Shown here piece by piece: positions 45,242 through 55,807 of a DNA stretch of 64,000 bases. Below the pieces are notes generated by a model, which had not been told where the DNA came from, ran no database searches, and saw only the letters and a list, made by a program, of their open reading frames with translations. The stretch is from an uncultured Gemmatimonadales bacterium (GTDB taxonomy: Bacteria; Gemmatimonadota; Gemmatimonadetes; Longimicrobiales; RSA9): NCBI GenBank assembly GCA_963816355.1, contig CAWFKH010000005.1, positions 64,001 to 128,000 of the forward strand, given 5' to 3'. A program made the translations under genes and the position numbers. Every line of letters begins with the position of its first letter. Position 1 is the first letter of the stretch.

Positions 45242-46234
45242 TCAGTCGCCGAGAACCACCGAATCGTCCCCCACGCTCACGCTGCCGCGGACGCCGCGGA
45301 CGACGACGCGGTCGCCGAGCAGCGCGTCGTGCAGCTCCGCGTCCTCGACGACGGCGTCCTCGCCGACGATCGCGTCGCGCAGGCGGGAGCCGTGGATGCG
45401 GGCGCCGGCGCCGATCGAGACGTTGGGGCCGATCTCGCACTCGTGCAGCTCGACGCCCTCCTCGACGCGGACCGGGTCGTGGATGCGCACCGAGCGGCCG
45501 CCGTCGGGGCGCCGCGCACGGCCCTGGCCCAGCAGGTAGAGGTTCGTCTCGAGCAGCGTCTCCGGCTTGCCGCAGTCGTACCAGCCGGCGACCTCGACGG
45601 TACGAAGGCGGGCGCCGTGATCGATCATGTACTGGAACGCGTCGGTCAGGTAGTACTCCTCTCCCGGGCCGCGCGGGCCGCCCAGCGTGCTGGCGATCCC
45701 CTCGAAGAGCAGCTTCCAGTCGCGGATGTAGTAGAGGCCGATGTTGGCGAGCTTCGAGATCGGGTCCTTCGGCTTCTCCACGATCCGCTTCATGTCGCCC
45801 TGCTCGTCGGTCACCACGACGCCGAAGCGCTGGTAGTCCTCGACCTCCTTCACCCAGATCACGCCGGCGACGTCCTCGGGCAGGTCGCGCACGATCGAGA
45901 GGTCGGCGTCGAAGAGCGTGTCCACGAACAGGATCAGGACATCCTCGTCGATGTAGGGACGCGCGAGGTCCACGGCGCCGGCCGTGCCGTTCTGCACCGG
46001 CTGCTCGACGAAGTGCGACTCGAACTCCGGGTACTCGGCGGCGATGTACGCCTCGATCGCCTCCTTCAGGTAGCCGGTGATGAAGACGATCTCGCGGACG
46101 CCGAGCTCGCGCAGGTCGTCGAGGATGTAGCTCATCACCGGCCTCCCGCCGACGCGCAGGAGCGGCTTCGGCGTGACGTACGTATGGGGCCGCAGCCGCG
46201 TGCCCTTCCCGGCGAGCGGGATCACAACCTTCAT
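45242..46234 (-). CDS. Sugar-phosphate nucleotidyltransferase with hexapeptide C-terminus
   Basis: IPLAGKGTRLRPHT...PKPLL, FGVV, IVEKP, EYYLTDA, WYDCG, left-handed beta-helix repeats. Confidence 0.92.
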   Translation of the reverse strand: MKVVIPLAGKGTRLRPHTYVTPKPLLRVGGRPVMSYILDDLRELGVREIVFITGYLKEAIEAYIAAEYPEFESHFVEQPVQNGTAGAVDLARPYIDEDVLILFVDTLFDADLSIVRDLPEDVAGVIWVKEVEDYQRFGVVVTDEQGDMKRIVEKPKDPISKLANIGLYYIRDWKLLFEGIASTLGGPRGPGEEYYLTDAFQYMIDHGARLRTVEVAGWYDCGKPETLLETNLYLLGQGRARRPDGGRSVRIHDPVRVEEGVELHECEIGPNVSIGAGARIHGSRLRDAIVGEDAVVEDAELHDALLGDRVVVRGVRGSVSVGDDSVVLGD

Positions 46235-46662
46235 GCGGTCGCCTCCGGTTTCATGAGCTGGAGATCGCTGTAGTCGACCGGCCCGCGCACGATCGCGACG
46301 CCGGCGGCGACGATGCCGACCTCGAGCGTGACCGAGCAGATGGCGCGGAAGACGTGGCCGCCGATGGTGCTGAAGTCGGGGCGGCCGAAGATGCCGTGCA
46401 CGTGAGGATGGGGCGCGCCGTCCTGCAGCGACAGGGTGCCCGTGATGCCGAGGACCTCAAGCTCCTCGTCGAAGACCTGTCGCTGGTAGCGGCGCTCCGC
46501 CGGACGGTAGTAGCCCAGCTCGACGTGGTTTACGGCCCCGAGACCGGAGATCATCGCCGCTTGCACGTTTCTTTCATCGGCCAACTGCTTCAGCGAGTCG
46601 ATGAGCTCGTCACCGGGCCGCAGCACCATCACGTGTCCGAAGCTCGTCGCTCTCCATTGCAT
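46231..46662 (-). CDS. PPC/DUF296 domain protein
   Basis: LRPGDELI..L......AMISGLGAV...LEV....G......PHPHVH.......GGH......TLEV; GGAG RBS. Confidence 0.88.
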   Translation of the reverse strand: MQWRATSFGHVMVLRPGDELIDSLKQLADERNVQAAMISGLGAVNHVELGYYRPAERRYQRQVFDEELEVLGITGTLSLQDGAPHPHVHGIFGRPDFSTIGGHVFRAICSVTLEVGIVAAGVAIVRGPVDYSDLQLMKPEATA

Positions 46663-46716
46663 CCGCTCCTCCGGCTTCTGGCGGGCCGCGTGGACCGACC
46701 CTGAACAGGAACTCTC

Positions 46717-47610
46717 ATGGCCGAGGTAGCCGAACGGCTGTCGGCGCATTACATCCACCGCAACGTGCAGAGCGCGGCGCGCGACGAGCTGCGGCGCTCC
46801 ACGGCGGGACTCGCCTTCTCGGGTCTCGCGGCGGGCCTCAACATCGGGTTCGGCTTCGTGGCGGTCGCCGCCGTCCTCGGTGCGGTGCAGCAACCGGCGC
46901 ACGCCACGTTGTGGACCGCGGTCGCCTACCCGATCGGGTTCATCCTCGTCATCCTGCCCCGCGCTCAGCTCTTCACCGAGAACACGCTCACGCCCGTGAT
47001 GCTGGTGCTCTCGGATCCCACGCGGCGCAACCTGCTCAACACGCTGCGCCTGTGGGCGATCGTCCTCGGCGCCAACATCGCCGGCGCGTTCCTCTTCGCG
47101 CTCGCGCTCGGGACCTTCGCCGTCGCCCCCCACGTCGACCCCGCGCTCCTGCTGCAGACGGCGCGCAACGCGTACGACGGGACGTGGCAAGAGCTGTTCC
47201 TTCGGGCGATCTACGGCGGCTGGCTGATCGCGCTGCTCGTATGGATGCTGCACGGCGGCGCCAGCGTGCTCGGCCAGATGGCCCTCGTGTGGCTGGCGAC
47301 GTTCATGCTGCAGGCAGCCGGCTTCAGTCACAGCGTGGCCGGCGCGGTCGAGGTGCTCTACCTCGCCAACCGCGGCGTGATCGGCTACGGTGACTGGGTG
47401 ACGCACTTCCAGATCCCGGTGACGCTGGGCAACATCGTGGGCGGCGTGGTGTTCGTGGCGCTGGTCAACCACGGTCAGGCGGTGGGCGCGGGCCGCGACG
47501 CCGAGCGCGCCGAACGCGTGCAGCGCTTCCGGGAGCTGCGGGAGGCACGCAACATCAGCGAGGCGACGCGGAAGCGCGCGGTCGACGCCGATTCGGCGGA
47601 CGAGGAGTGA
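46717..47610 (+). CDS. Formate/nitrite transporter family (YfdC-like)
   Basis: ELRR....LAFSGLAAG, YPIGF...QLFTENTLTPV, GWLIAL, HSVAG..E, LGNIVGG. Confidence 0.9.
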   Translation: MAEVAERLSAHYIHRNVQSAARDELRRSTAGLAFSGLAAGLNIGFGFVAVAAVLGAVQQPAHATLWTAVAYPIGFILVILPRAQLFTENTLTPVMLVLSDPTRRNLLNTLRLWAIVLGANIAGAFLFALALGTFAVAPHVDPALLLQTARNAYDGTWQELFLRAIYGGWLIALLVWMLHGGASVLGQMALVWLATFMLQAAGFSHSVAGAVEVLYLANRGVIGYGDWVTHFQIPVTLGNIVGGVVFVALVNHGQAVGAGRDAERAERVQRFRELREARNISEATRKRAVDADSADEE

Positions 47611-47697
47611 GGAGGCGCCGGACCGGGGGGCGGCTAGCGACAGGAGGACGGCATCGGGGTAGAGGAATCGTACGCGGGACTGACGAAGGAGGGATCG

Positions 47698-48462
47698 ATG
47701 CACGGAATCGGACGAGCGGGCGCGGGGCTCGGCCTCGCCGTTTCGCTGGTGCTCGCCTGCGGCGCGGCGGCGCCGGCGCTCGCGCAGCAGGGGGGCGGCT
47801 CGCCGCTCGAGCGGCTGGCGCGACCCAGCGTCGTCGTCACGGCGACGGGGACGGTGGAGGCGCAGCCGGACCAGGCGACGCTGCTGCTGGCGGTGGAGAC
47901 GGTGGCGAGCGACGCGCAGGACGCGGCGAACCGGAACGCCGAAAAGATGCAGCACATCATGGACGCGCTGCATCGCGCCGGGGTCGCGGCGGACCACATC
48001 CGCACGATCGACTATCACCTCGAGCCGCAGTACCGCCAACCGCCGTCGATGCCGAACGCCACGCCGGAGCAGCAGCAGCCGAAGATCGTGGGGTATCGCG
48101 CGTCCAACATGGTGCAGGTCACGCTCGACGACGTCGCCCGCGTGGGCGCGGCGATCGACGCCGGCATCGGCGCGGGCGCCAACCGCGTCGCGAACCTCGA
48201 CTTCGGCCTGAAGGACCCGAGCCGGGCCCATATCGAGGCGCTGCGGCGTGCCATGGTTTCGGCGCGCGCGCAGGCGGAGGCGCTCGCCGCCGCCGCGGGG
48301 CACACGCTGGGCGATCCGATCCAGATCTCGATGGCCGGAGTGGGCCCGGGCCCGGTCTACGCCGCGCGCATGGAAGCGGCGGCGCCCACGCCGATCCAGC
48401 CGGGGACGACGCGGGTGAGCGCGACCGTCGTGGCCCGCTTCGCGCTCGGGCCGGCGCGATGA
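47698..48462 (+). CDS. SIMPL/DUF541 periplasmic protein
   Basis: Signal; V.ATG.V...PD.A.L...VET...IRT..Y.L.PQY...GYRASN...GAN.V..L.F...A...ARAQAE.LA. Confidence 0.9.
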   Translation: MHGIGRAGAGLGLAVSLVLACGAAAPALAQQGGGSPLERLARPSVVVTATGTVEAQPDQATLLLAVETVASDAQDAANRNAEKMQHIMDALHRAGVAADHIRTIDYHLEPQYRQPPSMPNATPEQQQPKIVGYRASNMVQVTLDDVARVGAAIDAGIGAGANRVANLDFGLKDPSRAHIEALRRAMVSARAQAEALAAAAGHTLGDPIQISMAGVGPGPVYAARMEAAAPTPIQPGTTRVSATVVARFALGPAR

Positions 48463-48881
48463 GCGAGGGCTGGCTGCGGCGCGCGCTGACGGTGAACCGC
48501 GCCGCGACGGCGGCCGACGCCGAGGAGGCGCGCCTGCGCGGTCGCACGTACGCGGTTCCGTTCGAGCGCGTGTGGAGCGAGGCGCTGCGTCTGACGGGTG
48601 GAGCGTTGCGGGGCTGGCGGATCGTCGAAGCGGACGAGCTGGCGGGCACGATCCACGCCGAAGCGACGACGCCCCTGCTGAACTCCGTCGCGGACTTCGA
48701 GGTGCGCGTCGTGCTCGACGTGGACGCGCAGACGCGCGTGGACGCGTCGTCCGCCTCGCGCTCGCCCCGCGGCGATCTGGGCGCGAGCGCGCGTCGGATC
48801 GCCCGCTTCTTCAGGCATCTGGACGGCGCGCTCGCCGCCGCGCCCGGCGCGAAGCCGCCCGCTCCGGTACGGTTGGCGTGA
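48459..48881 (+). CDS. DUF1499-like small protein
   Basis: ATGA overlap; W.IV......IHAEATT.L....D..VR.......VD..S.SR..RGDLG..ARRI..F. Confidence 0.75.
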   Translation: MSEGWLRRALTVNRAATAADAEEARLRGRTYAVPFERVWSEALRLTGGALRGWRIVEADELAGTIHAEATTPLLNSVADFEVRVVLDVDAQTRVDASSASRSPRGDLGASARRIARFFRHLDGALAAAPGAKPPAPVRLA

Positions 48882-48933
48882 GCGCCGCCCCGCCGGCCGC
48901 CGCCATCCTCTGAGCCGAGGCGAGGAGCCCCGC

Positions 48934-51375
48934 ATGCCGCCCCGCAAGAACCCGCCCCTGCCGAGCGAGCTGCCGGTCCTGCCGCTGCGCAGCACCGTCG
49001 TGTATCCGCTCGGCGTCGTCGCGGTGCAGATCGGCACCGACACGACGCTCGAGATGCTCGCCGCGAACGGCGGTCCGAACCGGCTCGCGGCGATCGTCCT
49101 CGCGCCCGGCGAGCCGGACGAGGCGTTCGATCCGCGCACGTTCACCAAGGTCGGGGTCGTCGCCCGCATCACCGATCGCCTCAACCTGCCCGGCGGCACC
49201 GTGCAGGTGACGCTGCAGGGGCTGCGGCGCATCCGCATCCGCGAGACGCGCGAGACGAACGGCTACTATACCGCCCGCGTCACCGCCACGCGCGAGAAGG
49301 CGGTCGCCGGCGAGCGCGCCGACGCGCTGATCGCGGAGGTGCTCACCGCGCTCGAGGCGCTCGCGGTCGGCGTGGAGCGCGTGCCGCGCGAGGTGACGCG
49401 CATCCTGCGCATGAACGTCACCGACCCGAGCCGCTTCGCGGACCTCGTCGCGGCCCTCGCCAACTTCAGCCCGCGCGGCAAGGACGAGGTGCTGCAGCGG
49501 CTGGACGTCGAACGGCGCCTCGCGTACGTCGCCGAGGAGCTGGAGCATCAGCTGCACCGCGTGCGTCAGGTCGAGGAGGCGGAGCAGGCGGAGCCGGAGG
49601 CGGCGGCGGAGCGCGGCGGCGAGCGCCAGCGCGCGCAGGCGCTCAAGCGCCGCATCCAGCTCATGCAGGCCGAGCTGGGCGAGATCGACCCGGTCGAGCG
49701 CGAGATCGTGGAGTTGCTGCGTCGCATCGAATCCTCCGACGTGCCGGCTCGCGTCGCGTCCCGCGCCCGGACGGAAGTCGAGCGCCTGCGCGCGCTGCCG
49801 CCCACGTCGCCGGAGACGGCGGAGATCCGCGCCTACGTGGACTGGCTGCTGCACTTCCCGTGGACGGCACGCGCTACGGCGGGGGCGGAGGCGATCGACC
49901 TGGAAGCCGTGCAGGAGGCGCTGGGCGCGGAGCTGCTCGGGCTCGAAGAGCCGCGCGAGCGGCTGCTCGACTACCTCGCGGTCGCGCGACTGCGCGGTGA
50001 CCTGCGTGGCCCGATCCCCTGCCTCGTCGGGCCGCCCGCCGTCGGCAAGACGGCGCTCGCGTGCGCGATCGCGCGCGGTCTCGGCCGCCCCCTGGCACGC
50101 CTCGAGCTCGGCGGCCGCGGCGAATCCTACATCGTCGGCAGCCGCCGCCCCCGGCCGGGCGCGGAGCCCGGCCACATCGTCGCGGCGCTGCGCGACGCCG
50201 GCGTCGGGGACGCCGTCTTCCTGCTCGAGGAGATCGACGAGCTGGGCGCGCCGAAAGCGGAGCAGGAGGCGGCGGAGGCGCTCGAGGAGGCGCTCGACTG
50301 GGACGGCCGGAGCGCGTTCGTGGACCGCTACCTCGACGTCGAGGTCGACCTGTCCGATGCCGTCTTCCTCGCGACCGCACAGGACTTCTACCGCATCCCG
50401 CGCGACCTGCGCGACCTGCTGCTCGAGATCCGGATCGCCGGCTACACGCCGGAGGAGAAGGTCGACATCGCGCGCGAGCGGCTGCTCCCGCGCATGATCG
50501 GCGAGCACGGGCTGGAGGCGGGCGACATCGCCGTCGACGACGACGCGCTCCTCCACCTTGCGCGCGGCTACGCCCGCGACGCCGGCCTCGGCCTGCTGCG
50601 CCGGGCGCTCTCGATGATCCTGCGCAAGCGGGCGCGCGCGAAGGCGGCGGGCGAGGTGGCGACGTGGAAGCTGAACGCGGCGCGCATCGAGGAGATCCTG
50701 GGGCCGCCCCGCTTCGTGTCGACGGTCGCGGAGAACGCGCCGGAGGTCGGCGTCGTCACCGGCCTGGCGTGGACGGCCGCCGGGGGCGACCTGATGTTCA
50801 TCGAGGCGCTGCGCATGCCGGGGAGCGGGCGGCTGCTCATCACCGGCCTACTCGGCGACGTGATGCGCGAGTCGGTGAACGCCGCCTACTCCTACGTGCG
50901 CAGCCGCGGCGACGCGCTCGGCATCGACGACGAGCTGTTCCGCGAGTCGGACCTGCACGTCCACTTCCCGGAGGGCGCGATTCCGAAGGACGGCCCCTCC
51001 GCGGGCATCGCCGTCACGCTCGCGATCGCATCCACGCTCTCCAACCGCGCGGTGCGCCACGACGTCGCCATGACCGGTGAGGTCACGCTGCGTGGAAAGG
51101 TGCTCGAGGTGGGGGGCATCAAGGAGAAGGTGCTCGCGGCCTACCGCGCGGGGATCCGCGAGATCATTCTGCCGCGCGGCAACGAGCGCGACCTGCGCGA
51201 CGTGCCGCCGGACGTGAAGGAGCGCATCGAGTTCCGCTTCGTCGACCGCATGGACGACGTGCTCGCGATCGCGCTCTTCGACGGCCGCGCGCGCCGCCGC
51301 CGCAGCCGCCGCGGCGGCGCGACGGAGCCGGTGGCCCGCGCGGCCGACACCGCGCGCCGCGATCGGTCCCCTTAG
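48934..51375 (+). CDS. lon: Lon (S16) protease family protein with degenerate AAA+ motifs
   Basis: LPVLPLR N-domain; [52 protein letters not shown]. Confidence 0.9.
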   Translation: MPPRKNPPLPSELPVLPLRSTVVYPLGVVAVQIGTDTTLEMLAANGGPNRLAAIVLAPGEPDEAFDPRTFTKVGVVARITDRLNLPGGTVQVTLQGLRRIRIRETRETNGYYTARVTATREKAVAGERADALIAEVLTALEALAVGVERVPREVTRILRMNVTDPSRFADLVAALANFSPRGKDEVLQRLDVERRLAYVAEELEHQLHRVRQVEEAEQAEPEAAAERGGERQRAQALKRRIQLMQAELGEIDPVEREIVELLRRIESSDVPARVASRARTEVERLRALPPTSPETAEIRAYVDWLLHFPWTARATAGAEAIDLEAVQEALGAELLGLEEPRERLLDYLAVARLRGDLRGPIPCLVGPPAVGKTALACAIARGLGRPLARLELGGRGESYIVGSRRPRPGAEPGHIVAALRDAGVGDAVFLLEEIDELGAPKAEQEAAEALEEALDWDGRSAFVDRYLDVEVDLSDAVFLATAQDFYRIPRDLRDLLLEIRIAGYTPEEKVDIARERLLPRMIGEHGLEAGDIAVDDDALLHLARGYARDAGLGLLRRALSMILRKRARAKAAGEVATWKLNAARIEEILGPPRFVSTVAENAPEVGVVTGLAWTAAGGDLMFIEALRMPGSGRLLITGLLGDVMRESVNAAYSYVRSRGDALGIDDELFRESDLHVHFPEGAIPKDGPSAGIAVTLAIASTLSNRAVRHDVAMTGEVTLRGKVLEVGGIKEKVLAAYRAGIREIILPRGNERDLRDVPPDVKERIEFRFVDRMDDVLAIALFDGRARRRRSRRGGATEPVARAADTARRDRSP

Positions 51376-52670
51376 CCGGGCGCGATCGCGACCGGGTGGT
51401 CGACCGGCCGCGGCTCCAGCCGCTCGCCCTCGCTGCGCGCGACGAAGGACGCCGCCGTGAGGTCGCCGGTCACGTTCACGGCCGTACGCAGCATGTCGAG
51501 GATGCGGTCGACGCCCAGGATCAGCGCGATGCCGCTGGCGGTTTCCGCCCCGAGCCCCACCGACTGCAGGACGAGGATGAGCGTGATGATGCCGGCGCTC
51601 GGCACACCCGCCGCGCCGATGCTCGCCAGCGTCGCGGTGAGCACGATCGTGAGCTGCTGCGCCGGACCCATTGGGATGCCGTAGATCTGCGCGATGAACA
51701 TCACGGCGACCGCCTGATAGAGCGCCGTGCCGTCCATGTTGATCGTGGCGCCGAGCGGCAGCACGAACGAGGACACTTCGCTCGACACGCCCAGATCCTC
51801 CTCGGCGGTCTCCATCGTGATCGGCAGCGTCGCGCTCGAGCTGGACGTCGAGAAGGCGACGAGCGGCGCCTCCGCGATGCGGCGGTAGAACGTCAGCGGG
51901 TTCATCTTCGCGAGCACGCGCACGAGCACGGCGTAGGTGCCGAAGGCGTGGATCAGAAGCCCGACGACCACGGTGAGCGTATAGAGGAGGAGCGACTGGA
52001 GCAGGTCGAGCCCGAAGCGGGCGACGACGCCTGCGATCAGCACGAACACCGCGTACGGCGCCAACTTCATGATCCAGTCGATCATCACCATGACGGCATC
52101 GTTGACGCCGTTGAAGAAGTCGATCACGGCGTCGCGACGCCGCTTCTCGATCAGGCTGACCCCCGCGCCGAAGACGATGGTGAAGACGATGAGCGGAAGG
52201 AGGTCTCCCTGAGCCGCCGCCTGGAACGGGTTCGACGGGACCAGGTTCAGGATGATGTCCTTGATCCCGGGCTTCTGCGCCGCGAGCGCGATCTTGTCCG
52301 CGGCCTGGCCGGCGAACGCCGCCGACAGCCGGTCGCGCGTGGCCGGATCGATGCGCGAGCCGGGCCGCACAATGTTCGACACGACGAGGCCGATCGTGAC
52401 CGCGACCGCCGTCGTCGACATGTAGTAGAGGATCGTCTTCCCGCCGATGCGGCCCAGCTTGCGGATGTCGCCGAGCGACGCCGTCCCCACCAGCAGGCTC
52501 GCCACCACCAGCGGGATCACGATCATCGTGATCAGCCGGATGAAGAGCGTGCCGAGGAAGTCGATCGACAGCAGCGCGCTGCGCAGCCACAGCACGCCGA
52601 ACACGTTCGCGACGAGACCGACGAGAACGCCGAGGATCAGCCCGATCAGGATCTTGACGTAGAGCGGCAT
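51372..52670 (-). CDS. Dicarboxylate/amino acid:cation symporter (GltP/DAACS)
   Basis: AFSTSSSSATLP, PLGATINMDGTALY, GAAGVP, VDRILDMLRTAVNVTGD. Confidence 0.95.
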   Translation of the reverse strand: MPLYVKILIGLILGVLVGLVANVFGVLWLRSALLSIDFLGTLFIRLITMIVIPLVVASLLVGTASLGDIRKLGRIGGKTILYYMSTTAVAVTIGLVVSNIVRPGSRIDPATRDRLSAAFAGQAADKIALAAQKPGIKDIILNLVPSNPFQAAAQGDLLPLIVFTIVFGAGVSLIEKRRRDAVIDFFNGVNDAVMVMIDWIMKLAPYAVFVLIAGVVARFGLDLLQSLLLYTLTVVVGLLIHAFGTYAVLVRVLAKMNPLTFYRRIAEAPLVAFSTSSSSATLPITMETAEEDLGVSSEVSSFVLPLGATINMDGTALYQAVAVMFIAQIYGIPMGPAQQLTIVLTATLASIGAAGVPSAGIITLILVLQSVGLGAETASGIALILGVDRILDMLRTAVNVTGDLTAASFVARSEGERLEPRPVDHPVAIAPG

Positions 52671-52817
52671 GGGGTCCGGCGACGGTGGCTGCGACCCGGC
52701 CGCGCCGGGAGGACGTCCGGCCGCGGGCGGAGGTCCGGCGAAGGTAAGCCCGCCGCGCGCGGGCACGCAACGCCCGCGCGCTTGAGTCCACGCCAACATC
52801 CGCTACCTTCCCGGGCC

Positions 52818-53732
52818 ATGACAGCCAGCCGCCGCGCCGCGCTCGCCGCCGTGCTCCTCCCCCTGTGCGCCGCCCGTTGCGGCCGCGAACCCGAGGGCGG
52901 GAGCCGTCTCCGGCACGTCCCGCTCTCCACTCCCGTCTACCGCGCCCGCGTGCTCTTCGTGGGGGAGAGCGCCGACTCTCCGATCGCCGCCGTGGCGCAC
53001 TTCTCCGCCGGCGGCGCCGGCCACCGCGTCGGACACCGCGTCCACGTCTGGCTCGGCCGCGGCTCCGGCTGGCGGTCCATCGCCGTCGAGGAGTGGCGCG
53101 ACGCGCCGCTGCGGGACACCTCCATGATCCTGCCGCACGGGCGCATCCGCCTGATGCTCGGCGACGACGGCCGCATCGAGTCCATCGCCGCCAGGGGCGA
53201 TTCGACGGACCTCCGCTTCGACGTGGACGACAGCATCCGCGCCTGGGACGCCGGCGACGCCGCGCGCCTCGGCCTGTACGCCGCCCGCCTCGTCCTCGAC
53301 GACCGCGCCTACGACGGCGCCCTGCTCTTCGCGCACGACGTCCTCGTCGACACCGCCGCCGCGGCGTCGGCCGGCGCAGCGGAGGCGCTGCTCGCGGAGG
53401 GCGGCGGCCGCTACATCGTCGTCGTGCAGCGCGGCGACGACGGCCCCTTCACGCTCGAAGCGGAAGCCCGCCACCGCGCCACGGAGGGCACCAGAGCCGC
53501 TCGCACGCTGGCCGCGGGGACCCCGCTCCACCTGTCGCCGACGGGCGCTTCGACGTGGCGGCTCGGCGCCGCCGGCGACACGACCACCGGCGCCCTCGGC
53601 CCGCCCGGCTCCGGCTGGATCGGACACGGCGCGCAGCCGGGCTACGGCCGCTTCGTCGGCGTTCGCGGCACCGTGACGATCGACGGCATCCGGCACGCCG
53701 TCGCCGGCGTCGTCGCGAGCCGGGAGGAGTGA
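52818..53732 (+). CDS. Hypothetical exported protein/lipoprotein
   Basis: MTASRRAALAAVLLPLC signal-like start; beta-rich globular sequence; ends 1 nt before the next gene. Confidence 0.6.
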   Translation: MTASRRAALAAVLLPLCAARCGREPEGGSRLRHVPLSTPVYRARVLFVGESADSPIAAVAHFSAGGAGHRVGHRVHVWLGRGSGWRSIAVEEWRDAPLRDTSMILPHGRIRLMLGDDGRIESIAARGDSTDLRFDVDDSIRAWDAGDAARLGLYAARLVLDDRAYDGALLFAHDVLVDTAAAASAGAAEALLAEGGGRYIVVVQRGDDGPFTLEAEARHRATEGTRAARTLAAGTPLHLSPTGASTWRLGAAGDTTTGALGPPGSGWIGHGAQPGYGRFVGVRGTVTIDGIRHAVAGVVASREE

Positions 53733-53733
53733 C

Positions 53734-55296
53734 GTGGACACGCTGCAGGCGCTGCTCACCGTCACGTTCGGCGCGATCGCCGGGGGCGTCACGAACTCGG
53801 TCGCGATCTGGATGCTCTTCCACCCGTACGAGCCGCCGCGGATCGGCCGGCGCGAGCTCCGGCTGCTGCAGGGCGCGATCCCCAAGAACAAGGACCGCCT
53901 CGCCCGCGCGATGGGCCGTACCGTCGGCCAGCGGCTGCTCTCGCCCACCGATCTCGCCGCCGCGCTCGACCGGCCGGAGTTCCGCGACGCCTTCCAGACG
54001 AAGCTCGGCGACGTGCTCGCCTCCTTCCTCGACCGCGAGCGCGGCCCCCTCGCTGGCGAGCTGCCGGAGCCGCTCGCGGGCGAGGTGCGCCGCCTGCTGC
54101 GCGAGCTCTCCGACACGCTGCTCGAGCGGCTGCACGCGTATCTCGAAGGCGACGAGTTCCGCCAGACCGCGCACGGCTGGGCGGAGGCGCTCGCCGCCGA
54201 GCTGAGCGAGCGCCCGATCGGCGAGGTCCTGACGGAGGAGCGCGGCATGGCGATCGCCAATGCGGCGGAGAAGTGGATCACGGATGCGACGGCGTCGGAA
54301 GGATTCGAGCGCGCCGTCGACGAGTACCTCGAGCGCGGCGCGGTACGCCTGCTCGCGCCCGGCCGCACGTTCGAGCAGATCCTGCCGGCCGGCCTGGTCG
54401 CCGCGTTCGAGCGCGCGGTTTCCGGCTACCTGCCGCTGGCGATCGAGCGGCTGGGCGGCCTCCTCGACGACCCCGCCACGCGCGACCGCGTCGAGCACAT
54501 CCTGCACGAGGTGCTCGATCGCTTCATGCGCGACCTGCGCTTCCACCAGCGTCTCGTCGCCGCCCTCGTCATCACGCCCGAAACGGTCGATCGCGTGCTG
54601 CGCGCGGTCGAGACGGAAGGCGCCAACAAGCTCGCCGAGCTGCTCCACGACCCGCCGGTCCGCGAGGCGATGGCGCGCGGCGTGAACCAGGCGGTCGTCG
54701 AGTTCCTGCGGCGGCCGGTGCGCGGCGTGCTCGGCGCGCCGGAGGACGACACGGTGCGCGACGCGAAGCAGACGGTGCGCGGCTGGCTCCTCGGGGTGGC
54801 GCGCGACGAGCAGACCGCTTCCTTCCTGGTCGAGAAGCTGAAGGCGACGCTCGCCGCCGCGGAACGCCGGACGTGGGGCGACGTCTTCCGCCACGTCCCG
54901 CCCGAGAGCCTCGCCGACGCACTAGTCGCCGCGGCGCGCAGCGAGCGCGCGGCGGAGGCGTTCCGCGACACCGCCTATCGTCTCGCCGACCGCCTCCTCG
55001 ACCGCCCGATCGGCCGCCCCACCGACCACCTCCCGCCGCACGCGCCCGCGCGCCTGCAGGCCGCCGTCGCCGCGCCGCTCTGGGGATGGGTGCTCGAGCA
55101 GGCGCCCGGCGTCGTACAGAGCGTGAACCTCACGGCACGCGTCGAGGAGAAGATCATGGAGTTCCCGCCGCGGCGCGTGGAGGAGATGATCCGCGGCGTC
55201 ATCGCCCGCGAGCTGAAGCTGATCGTGCGGCTCGGCTACGTCCTGGGCGCCGGGATCGGGGGCATCTCCGTGCTGATCAACCTGCTGCTCCGCTGA
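53734..55296 (+). CDS. DUF445 family membrane-anchored protein
   Basis: GAIAGGVTN.VAIWMLFHP...QGAIPK.K.RLA..MG..V; C-terminal ELKLIVRLG.VLG..IG. Confidence 0.88.
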   Translation: MDTLQALLTVTFGAIAGGVTNSVAIWMLFHPYEPPRIGRRELRLLQGAIPKNKDRLARAMGRTVGQRLLSPTDLAAALDRPEFRDAFQTKLGDVLASFLDRERGPLAGELPEPLAGEVRRLLRELSDTLLERLHAYLEGDEFRQTAHGWAEALAAELSERPIGEVLTEERGMAIANAAEKWITDATASEGFERAVDEYLERGAVRLLAPGRTFEQILPAGLVAAFERAVSGYLPLAIERLGGLLDDPATRDRVEHILHEVLDRFMRDLRFHQRLVAALVITPETVDRVLRAVETEGANKLAELLHDPPVREAMARGVNQAVVEFLRRPVRGVLGAPEDDTVRDAKQTVRGWLLGVARDEQTASFLVEKLKATLAAAERRTWGDVFRHVPPESLADALVAAARSERAAEAFRDTAYRLADRLLDRPIGRPTDHLPPHAPARLQAAVAAPLWGWVLEQAPGVVQSVNLTARVEEKIMEFPPRRVEEMIRGVIARELKLIVRLGYVLGAGIGGISVLINLLLR

Positions 55297-55348
55297 CGGG
55301 CGCGCCGCCGGGCCCCGCGGCGTCCCTGTGCCGCCCGGGACGCGCGCG

Positions 55349-55807
55349 TCAGCCGCCCGCAGGCGCGACGCCCGCGTCCCTCTCGTATTCCCGGATGCGG
55401 CCGCGGACGTCGTCCGGGATCACGCAGGACTCCCCCGCTGCGTAGTCGAACATGACCTGTACCGTGTGTCCGCTCGCGAGCAGATCCTCTGCGCCCGGCG
55501 TCCCGGAAGGCAGCCAGAGCGCGTACTCCATCGTGAAGCTGCGCGTGCCGAGACGGCTGGTGCGCACGCCGACGAGCGGGCGCGAAGGGTAGCGGATGCG
55601 GGCGTGATAGCGCACGCCGACCTCCGCCAGGATGTAGCCGATGTCGTCGAGGCCGGGCTGACCCGCGACGTCGCGCCAGTAAGCGGCGCGCGCCTCCTCG
55701 AAGTACACGAGCGCGAGCGAATGGTGGACGTGCCCCATAGCGTCCACGTCGCGGAACCTCACGTCCACGGCGTGCCGGAAGCGGTACGCCGCCAGGTCCG
55801 GGCTCAT
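55349..55807 (-). CDS. Acyl-CoA thioesterase (4HBT/YbgC family)
   Basis: VRFRDVDAMGHV......YFEEAR; LGTRSF; G.TVQV.FDY. Confidence 0.9.
   Translation of the reverse strand: MSPDLAAYRFRHAVDVRFRDVDAMGHVHHSLALVYFEEARAAYWRDVAGQPGLDDIGYILAEVGVRYHARIRYPSRPLVGVRTSRLGTRSFTMEYALWLPSGTPGAEDLLASGHTVQVMFDYAAGESCVIPDDVRGRIREYERDAGVAPAGG

Noticed and set aside
51372..51375. Overlapping stop codons of the convergent lon and symporter genes
   Set aside because: Common in compact GC-rich genomes; no further signal.
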